NCBI RefSeq assembly: GCF_006345805.1
Contig: NW_021824763.1
Span: 1-17,683, forward strand
Direction: 5' to 3'
Length of the DNA: 17,683 bases
Origin: Octopus sinensis
Taxonomy: Eukaryota
The position numbers and the translations under genes are program-made. Under the pieces are notes generated by a model, which did no database searches, was not told where the DNA came from, and worked only from the letters and a program-made list of their open reading frames with translations. How positions within the stretch are numbered: position 1 is the stretch's first letter; the number at the start of each line of letters is the position of its first letter. Positions 10,350-17,683 of the stretch are shown one piece after another.

Positions 10350-10567
10350 GAGCCTTTAAGTAGTCGATCAATTTGCTAGAAATAGCAGCCAATTTTTTGC
10401 CCCCCCCCCTCCTTCCCGCCTCTTCAAATCCTACTCCGTTGTCTTAGAAAGGAATAGACATATTCAATGTAGCCCTCGTTACTCAAGACAAAGAGGGGAT
10501 GGCGGCGACCGGAATACATTTGATCCTGTTGTCTGCACTGTCAAGGTTGACGTGGGGCTAAAACAAC
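10350..10567 (+). mobile_element. Family B SINE-like repeat, best-preserved plus-strand copy, ending in ggggctaaaacaac
   Basis: gctagaaatagcagccaa...gtcttagaaagg...aaagaggggatgg...tttgatc...gttgacgtggggctaaaacaac is colinear with seven other copies in the window. Confidence 0.7.
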
Positions 10568-10649
10568 TGTAGTTCTTCCACATCCGACATAACGAACACC
10601 TCCCCCGCTCCAAATCACCCTCCTCGACACTAAACCACCGTCAAATGCA

Positions 10650-11040
10650 ACAGCCATCACCACAGCGACCACCGCTACCACCAAACCAACTCATTTATCG
10701 CCGTTCGCTGCCATAACTAGTGTGACGGTCACAACTACCACCGTAAGTATTACAACCATTATAAACACCAACCGAAAGAACCATGATATTCTCAACAACA
10801 ACACCAACAACAACTATTACAGCTACCAACAAACCACTATAACTTGCATCATCATCATCATCATCATCATCATCACCACAAATAACATCATACAACCGTC
10901 ACCTCATCGCATCCGGCACTGTGATCTCGACTATCACCAACTCTTACTGCTCTCTGCCATCGCCGCCCTTACCACCACCACCACCACCACCACCACCAAA
11001 ACCAAAACCATTGCTACCACCACCTCCGCGACTATCACGC
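10650..11040. repeat. C-rich trinucleotide low-complexity tract (CAA, CAT, CAC runs)
   Basis: Read directly from the sequence. Confidence 0.85.
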
Positions 11041-11184
11041 AAGCTTCCCCTCTTAACACCAACAGACACATCAACTTACCCAACCTAATTTCTTAATTTT
11101 CCCTTCCTTTCTCTGTCCGCCTCGACTGTCATTCTGTTGTACAGCAGATGGGCTACTGCTGAGATACCTAGAAAACACTACGGT

Positions 11185-11495
11185 TATATACACATATGTA
11201 TATATACAAATACAAATATCTACATACAAATATATATATATATATAGACACAAACACATGCATATATATGTGTGTGTGTGTGTGTGTATGTATATATGTA
11301 TCTGTACTATGTGGGTGGTGTATAAGATGTGTGTGTGTATAAGTATGTATGTCAACAGATATATATTACTTCGTTGATTCATACACAGTGAAAGTTTTTG
11401 TGCTCACACACTTTAACTTAAATACACACATGCACACCATATACACAGGCATATTTATACTTACACACGCACACACACGCACACACACACACACG
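11185..11495. repeat. TA/TG then CA dinucleotide microsatellite cluster
   Basis: Read directly from the sequence. Confidence 0.85.
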
Positions 11496-11608
11496 GGCAC
11501 AAGCGACGGCGTCGAGTAAGTAGGACAGTTCTAAGTTTTCTGTCAAACGATCATTTAATTTTTTCATTAGGTATTGAAGATATATTTTACAAAATCAAAC
11601 ATTTAAAT

Positions 11609-12135
11609 ACCACCACCACCACCACGACCGCCGCCGCCACCACCACCGCCGCAACCACCACCACGACCGCCGCCGCCACCACCACCACCACCATCACCAC
11701 GACCACCACCGCCGCAACCACCACCACCGCCACCACCACCACGACCACCACGACCACCACCGCCGCAACCACCACCACCACCACCACAACACAACCACTA
11801 CCGCCATCATCACAACCCCACCACCACCGCCACAACCACCACCATCCTACCGTTATGAACATCACTACACCCTACCACTGCCACAGGCACCTCAGCCATA
11901 ATACTTCCAGCATCACCACCACCACCGTCACCATTATTATTATTATTAACCAAGAACATGATGCTGCTGCTGATGATGATGGTGATGATGACGGCGACAA
12001 TGAAGACAACGACGACAGTAGTGGTGGTGGTGATGGCGGCGGCGGTGGTGGTGGTTTTGACGACGACGCTGACGGAAATGATGAAGGTGTTGATGATGAT
12101 GATGATGATGACGAAGCTGCTGCTCATGATGATGT
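11609..12135. repeat. Long trinucleotide array: ACC/GCC-based with higher-order units, switching to GAT/GGT/GGC at ~11955
   Basis: Read directly from the sequence. Confidence 0.9.
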
Positions 12136-12169
12136 CGACGTACCTTAATACTTTCTGATACATACAGTC

Positions 12170-12695
12170 AAGTCTACCCCCTGCTTTCCTTTCCCCCTTG
12201 TTGACTTTGTTTCCCTCGCCCCCCTCCCCTTCTGCTTCTCCATCCTCATCATCCTCCTCCTCCGCCTCCTCCTCCGTATTTCCTCTTCTTCCTCCACGCT
12301 GTTTTCACCTACTTTTATTTCGCTTTCTCTATTCTTGTCTTCTTTTTTCTTTCCTCCTTCATCTCCACCACATCATTCACTCACAATCTCTCTCTCTCTC
12401 TCTCTCTCTTTCCTTCTCCCTCCCATCTTCTCTCCCCATCTCTACAAATCTGCTTTATTTCTTCTTCTGTCGATTTCAGTTTCATCATCATCATTAGCTC
12501 TCACCATCTAAATTATTATTATCGTTGTCGTTACTATTATTGTTTGATTGCAAAAAATTATCATTATAATAATATTAATACTACTACTACTACTACAGCG
12601 AACAACAACAACAACAACAACAACAATAATAATAATAATAACAATAATAAAAATTATAATAATAATAATAATAATATTAATAGTGATCACCATCA
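12170..12695. repeat. Polypyrimidine/(CT)n tract (12170-12475), then CTA/CAA/TAA/CAT trinucleotide runs
   Basis: Read directly from the sequence. Confidence 0.85.
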
Positions 12696-13124
12696 CCATC
12701 ACCCTTCTCTCGCCGTCATCCTGTTGCCTTTGCATCAGCGTTATCAATGTGCTTCTTCTGCTTATTATTGGTGACTTGTCTCCCCCCCCCAACTCAAGAT
12801 GTTCAGCAACATATACATACATATACATGTACAATATATACGTAAAAATGTGTTTGTGTGTGTGCGTGTGTGTGTCTGTGTGTGTGGATGGATGGATGGA
12901 TGGATAAGGCCAACCAACACTCTTTAAACTCGTAACACGTGAAACAATACACATCGCTGTCGTGACCCGAACCACATTTATATCTTAAACTCTCATTTCT
13001 TTCCTCTGCTACTCTCCTTCCCCTTCCTTCAACTGTCTCCTCATTCTTCCCCTCCCCCTCTCTCTCTCTTTTCCTCTACACCCTCTCTTTATTCACTTAC
13101 TAATCTTTTTTTCTTCCTAACTTC

Positions 13125-13397
13125 ATGTTATTGTTGTCGTTGCTGCTGCTGCTAACTCCTAGTCGACCCCGATGGTTGAAGAAAAACCCTTTGCATGACC
13201 AAAGGCATTTCAAATCTGACCATCCCGTCTTTTTTGCTGGTGTTGTTATTTTAAGAAATATTTTGAATATTTGCATTATCTCATGTAATATCCTTCCTTT
13301 TTTTTTTTATTTCTTCATTTTATTTCATTTTATTTCATTTTTTAAGACGTTCAGTAGGGTTTCAGAGAGAAGCCGGCTGCTATTTCTAGCTGGACGG
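13125..13397 (-). mobile_element. Family B SINE-like repeat with an AT-rich internal expansion
   Basis: Starts with a gttgttgtcgttg tail, then atgaccaaaggcatttc..tgaccatcccgtcttt, and ends with taagacgttcagtagggtt..ggctgctatttctagctgg. Confidence 0.7.
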
Positions 13398-13479
13398 GCC
13401 GCCGCCGCCGCCATACTGACTCACTCGTTGGATCGACAAGTTTTATGTGGAACATAAGGGGTGCAGGGGCTAACAACCA

Positions 13480-13535
13480 AGCTTCTACGCAGTCGCGCGA
13501 CCAGCTAGAAATAGCAACTAAATTCTCCTTCATAT
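13480..13535 (+). mobile_element. Family B 5' fragment, inverted relative to the 13125-13397 copy
   Basis: gcttctacgcagtcgcgcgaccagctagaaatagcaactaaattctcc. Confidence 0.65.
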
Positions 13536-13619
13536 TGAAATGCTAAAGGACATTAATCACCGTAGTTCTAGAATGGTCATAGACAGATTTCTGACCCTAC
13601 GTCTACTTATTAAGGACTG

Positions 13620-13870
13620 AAAAGGTCCTGACTTTCTTGGATATAATATCATTCCCACTCAGACCATACACCAGGATCAACAACACCAACAGCACTTACA
13701 ACATCCCCTCCCACATGCAATCCCATATACACTCTACAATACTCGCAATCAGCAACTCGCCATTGCAAAATATCTCTCGTTTAGTCCCGAGGCATCTTAC
13801 AACACGTTAAAACGGGATTGCAAACACCAGCAAAGCTACCATTCCCTTCTTGGTCCTCATACATCCACAA
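13620..13870 (+). mobile_element. Probable Penelope-like RT C-terminus/thumb remnant, frameshifted
   Basis: Frame 13622 reads VLTFLDIISFPLRPYTRINNTNS. A shift gives HLQHPLPHAIPYTLYNTRNQQLAIAKYLSFSP, and IPFLVLIHP follows at 13841. This approximates the PLE motif order FLD..YxKPTNT..YL..SxHP..SQ..CS..IPFVxxYHP. Similarity is by eye and degenerate. Confidence 0.5.
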
Positions 13871-14066
13871 TGTGGCCAGTTTACGTCTCCCTCTATTCAG
13901 ACACATCTACAAAATGCACAGCAACAACTATGCTGCCATACCTCACGCTCAATCTAGGCTCGCATAAACGTTGCATAAGAATGGCGACAGCAGAGACAGC
14001 CTCAAAACATTATTCCTCGCACATTCAACATGTGGGGTGGGGTGCGGTGGAGGTGGGGAATATGCA

Positions 14067-14463
14067 GGCGCAGGTGTGGCTGTACGGTAAGAGAATTGCT
14101 TCCCATCCACATGGTACTGGGTTCAGTCTCACTGCGTGGCACCCTGGGCATCTTGCACTATAGCTTCGGATCGAGCAATGGCTTGCGAATGGATTTGGTG
14201 AACGGAAACTGAAAGAATCCCGTCGCATATATATATACACATGTGTGTGTGTGTATGTATCGGCCTGTCTGCGCTTGTACCCCACCACCACTTGAAAACC
14301 GGTGTTGGTGTGTTTATGTCCCCGTTACCTAGCAGTTTGGCAAAAGAAACCGATAGAATAATTACTAGACTTAAAATATAAGCCCTAGAATCGATTTGTT
14401 CGACTAAAACACATCAAGGCATGGTCGCAGTCAATTGGCTAAAAGGAAACAAAAGGTAAAAGA
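14067..14463 (+). mobile_element. Family C tRNA-derived SINE, full length, with an internal (TA)n(TG)n tract
   Basis: A-box-like tggctgtacggt (~14077), B-box-like ggttcagtctc (14120-14130), internal microsatellite at ~14227-14258; colinear with 5879-6240. Confidence 0.85.
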
Positions 14464-14950
14464 GTAACAGTAACTCCTGTTCTCCGATCGAACCCACTTT
14501 GACTTTCTTTAGGCTGGAATCTCTACCTCCAGAAACACAGGAAACGAATACAGAGTGTATGTGAAGGATAATTTGGATAATATGTACAGATTATGACCTG
14601 TATTACCTCTATATCATAAATTACTGCATTTGGGTATGTGAAGTATGAGTGCAACCTTAGTGGAGATAAAGTATGAATTTGTAACTCTTCATTGATTCGC
14701 ATACTTCCACTAGACCAGGCCCCATTTTATTGTTCCCGCAGGCTGATATAGTAAATTTTTCAATCAAAATTTATACAATATTCGTATACCTATTTATGAC
14801 ATAGGTCGCATTTCCACTACGACTTAAACTGGTCAGAAATCGTCCGGTAATTGCCATTTAAATGGAAATTTTGTTTTCCCTATAAAACACATATTGCTAG
14901 GTTTGTACCACCCCCTTGAGACCCAACTACACTCTAGCTGAAAATTTATA

Positions 14951-15176
14951 TTTCTTTATTGCCCACAGAGGGCTAAACATAGGGGGAACAAACAAGGACA
15001 AAGGGATTAAGTCGTTTACATCGACTCCAGTGCATAACTGGTACTTATTTAATCGACCCCGAACGGATGAAGGTTAAGTCGACTTCGGTGGAACTTGAAC
15101 TCAGAACGTAACGGCAGATGGAATACCGCTATGCATTTCGCTCGGCGTGCTAACGTTTCTGCCAGCTCATCGCCTT
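14951..15176 (-). mobile_element. Family A tRNA-derived SINE, full length
   Basis: Minus strand: aaggcgatgagcTGGCAGAAACGTTAG (A-box-like, 15164-15150), GAGTTCAAGTTCC (B-box-like, 15102-15090), ttcatccgttcggggtcgattaaataagtaccagtt, and ends gggcaataaagaaa. Confidence 0.88.
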
Positions 15177-15458
15177 ATCTCATAAGTAATATAAAATTCC
15201 TAAATTCAATGGCGTCGTTAAGGAAGATGCAACGCGTTAATTTAATGTGTTAAACTTAAGTTTATTAATGTATATCAAATTATTCATAGATACATACAAG
15301 ATCTACATAGATGTAAGAGTTAGAACTTGTGATCCGCCTGCAGACCTTTTTCTTAGGAAATTTTTGCTTGCTGCACTAATAAGTTTCTCCAACCCTGCAT
15401 TAGACCAACCGGCCATCTAGAACGCATACGTGTGTGATTGATCAAGGCTGTCCAGTCC

Positions 15459-15580
15459 GCTTTTCATCCCTTCGGGGGTTGATAAAATAAGTACCAGTTA
15501 ATTCACTGGGGTCGATGTTATTGATTCCCCCACGTCCCTGAATTGCTGCCCTTGTGGCAAAATTTGACACCAATATTATT
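15459..15580 (+). mobile_element. Family A SINE, 5'-truncated
   Basis: gcttttcatcccttcgggggttgataaaataagtaccagttaattcactggggtcgatgt, with the same tail as 5761-5799. Confidence 0.8.
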
Positions 15581-15741
15581 ACGGCTAGTGCTACCACCAT
15601 TTAACATGATCTTTTATAAGCATGAACACGACTTTTTTTTCACTTTCACACACACACACAGTCACACCCGAACACGCATTTTTCACTGTGTTTATTGATG
15701 TCCTTTTAAGGCTTGAAAGTTGGTGAAGTTGGGGCTAGGTC

Positions 15742-15801
15742 ATTACATCGAGCCCCAAATATCCCCGAAAGGGTGAAAACCAAAGTCGATCTCAGCTGAA
15801 T
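15742..15801 (-). mobile_element. Family A SINE, internally deleted fragment
   Basis: attacatcgagcccca..ccccgaaagggtgaaaaccaaagtcgatctcagctgaat. Confidence 0.55.
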
Positions 15802-15880
15802 GTACGTTGTTATCGTGTCTACGTTTTTCGCTTTGACTGTAAGTCATAAATGATAGATCAATACAGGTGAACGTCGCAGA

Positions 15881-15888
15881 TTGTTTTG

Positions 15889-15920
<32 letters not shown>

Positions 15921-16112
15921 GTTTAGTCTAATTCGAGCAAACCAAATCTACGCTGAAAGACATTTGAACCGTGATTTTTCCGTCGAATAAAAGGTTATCT
16001 TTTAAGAGAACTTCATTATCCAATTTGCCATTGTTTCTTTTTATAAAAGTACAGCAGGGTGTGATGTAAAAGAAATTCGGTTGCCATTTCTAACAGTTCG
16101 AGGTTCGTAGGG
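15881..16112 (-). mobile_element. Family B SINE-like repeat, degraded, with a (GTT)n(GGT)n tail
   Basis: (gtt)n tail, then gtttagtc..aaagacatttgaaccgtga, and cagggtgtgatgtaaaagaaattcggttgccatttctaacagttcgag. Confidence 0.55.
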
Positions 16113-16812
16113 CTACAAGTAAACTTGTAAGGGCTAAAGTCTCACCACTGTGGTACGGCAAAGGAAAGAAAAATCTACAGCCATAAAATGATACTAGTGG
16201 AAACCCATTTGGAGTTGTTCTCTAATTATTGCTGATATAAGGAACTATTAGACACTAAGTTTTTCTTTGACTCTTCGTACTAAACTGAGAGAACCTTTTT
16301 GCCTGCTCTAACACGAAAGATGTAACAAACTATTTCGTATGTCATACAACTACGCCATTACAGTTTCTACATTTATATAAAACAGTCTATATTATAACAT
16401 AACCAATGAGCAGCTATGGGTGACAGCCTCACGCATGTCTTCAACTAAACTCTTCATTTTAAACTTTGTTTTTATGTTCTACAAATCGTTGTATTGTTTA
16501 TATACCTTATCTATTCATTTATTAGCACATTACAACAGTACGTTCTACCGTATTCCATGGTTGGGCCGTATTTTATCTTCTTAGTTTTTATGCCGTATGC
16601 AAGAATACTTTGACCTATTTATTCTGGGTTCCCCCACTTTAAATTTAAATCTCACCGATGTCAACAACGTTCTAGTTCGATAATAAAGCATCAGCTAATT
16701 ATTTCTCTCTCTCTCTCTTTCTCTCCCCTCCCCCCACTCTCTTTCTCTGTTGGCGCTTCCTGCTGGGAGCTTATTTTTCTAAAATGTAGTTTTAGAAAAG
16801 GACACGCAAGAT

Positions 16813-17074
16813 CAGTGGCTCTCAATCGGGGTTTGCATAACCCTCCTTGGGGTCCACATAAGATTTTGTTGTTAAAATTTATCTACAATAGATAGGTAAT
16901 AATCCTACAATACATAGAATATTTTTAAAATTTTAACAAATTTCCTTATAATATTTAATTATAAAAATGTAATAGGATTTTTGGAACACTGAATGGTTCT
17001 GCGGGTCCAGTAGAGAAGAAGAGTAATCAAGGGGTCCACGGGCCTCTTGATAATGAAAAAATGGTGAACGGCTG
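16813..17074. mobile_element. hAT-like MITE (non-autonomous DNA transposon), degraded right end
   Basis: The left end cagtggctctcaatcgggg resembles the CAGTGGTTCTCAAC hAT-type terminus. The right end atggtgaacggctg is a degenerate inverse. There are internal ggggtccac repeats and an AT-rich centre. No 8-bp target-site duplication is visible. Confidence 0.6.
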
Positions 17075-17481
17075 GAAAGCAGGTGACCAATAGGATTGAA
17101 TTTCACCTCCATTAGTACTTATATATGACAATGTATAGCATTACTTAATGACGTAAGTACATTGCATTTCATATTGTAACTTAAAATTGGATGGTCATGG
17201 GTGGAAAGATTTAGATCGTAGGGTTAGTCAATGAAAGTTGACTTTGCACAAAACAAAAAGAATTATACGGCACTCACTGACACACGCACTGACACACGTG
17301 CACGCACTCTCATTCATTAGGAAACACTAAATATTTGATCTTTTTTTTGTCTTTTGGGTTTTTCTTTTTTGCATTCAGGGCACACAGTTGCTCTCACTCT
17401 ACAGAACAGACTAACGACGAACTCAACCAGTTCTGCCTGTCTCATTCGAATGCCTCATCGAATGTATCTATTTAATCATAT

Positions 17482-17555
17482 AGAGAAGGGAAAGCAGGAG
17501 GGGAGAGAAAGGAGGAGAAGAAAGAAGGAGAGACGTAAAGAAAGGAGGTGAAAGC
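17482..17555. repeat. Polypurine (GA-rich) tract
   Basis: Read directly from the sequence. Confidence 0.8.
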
Positions 17556-17683
17556 GTAGAGCTCAATCGCTTCTGAAAAATGCAACGACCAACAGTGCTG
17601 TCTGTTGTTGGTTTACGAAAGATTTGTCATTGAGACATGGTGTCCATTGGCACAACCAGGCTAAATGGGTGCTAATTTAACAT

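Noticed and set aside
10445-10572. Short open frame ERNRHIQCSPRYSRQRGDGGDRNTFDPVVCTVKVDVGLKQL that looks exon-like
   Set aside because: It lies within a family B repeat copy
1083-12975. Most ORFs in the track (MYVC.., YIYI.., HTHT.., poly-T/V/G/N/D)
   Set aside because: They are translations of di-, tri- and tetranucleotide repeats that cannot contain stops, with no domain-like content
14067-14135. tRNA gene (A/B-box-like motifs here and at 15090-15164)
   Set aside because: No cloverleaf is evident, and the motifs continue into SINE bodies repeated elsewhere in the window
13621-14163. 543-nt stop-free frame beginning KGPDFLGYNI, including track ORF 13870-14163
   Set aside because: It runs from the frameshifted PLE relic straight into a SINE. 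PLE-like motifs are spread over two frames, so DFLGY is probably an off-frame coincidence.
17275-17298. 12-bp tandem duplication cactgacacacg x2
   Set aside because: It sits in CA-rich low-complexity sequence, where ordinary slippage explains it

Overview
Eukaryotic, AT-rich, non-coding DNA (intergenic or deep intronic) with many micro- and minisatellites. I recognise the interspersed repeats from memory as octopus (coleoid cephalopod) SINE-type families; this is not a database result. No intact protein-coding gene is supported, and nearly all ORFs in the track are simple-repeat read-throughs. Supported content: (1) Penelope-like element (PLE) remnants, namely a frameshifted GIY-YIG endonuclease at 76-499 (-) and a probable RT-thumb remnant at ~13620-13870 (+); (2) hammerhead-ribozyme motifs, namely one with a complete catalytic core at 8701-8757 (-), a three-unit tandem array of degenerate minimal hammerheads at ~2430-2870 (+), and a weak one at ~5021-5056 (-); (3) about 15 copies of three SINE-like families, labelled A, B and C here, several in close inverted pairs; (4) a hAT-like MITE at 16813-17074. 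The most interesting signal is the set of ribozyme-bearing repeats. They belong to known classes (PLE terminal repeats, retrozymes), so any novelty would be at the family or locus level.
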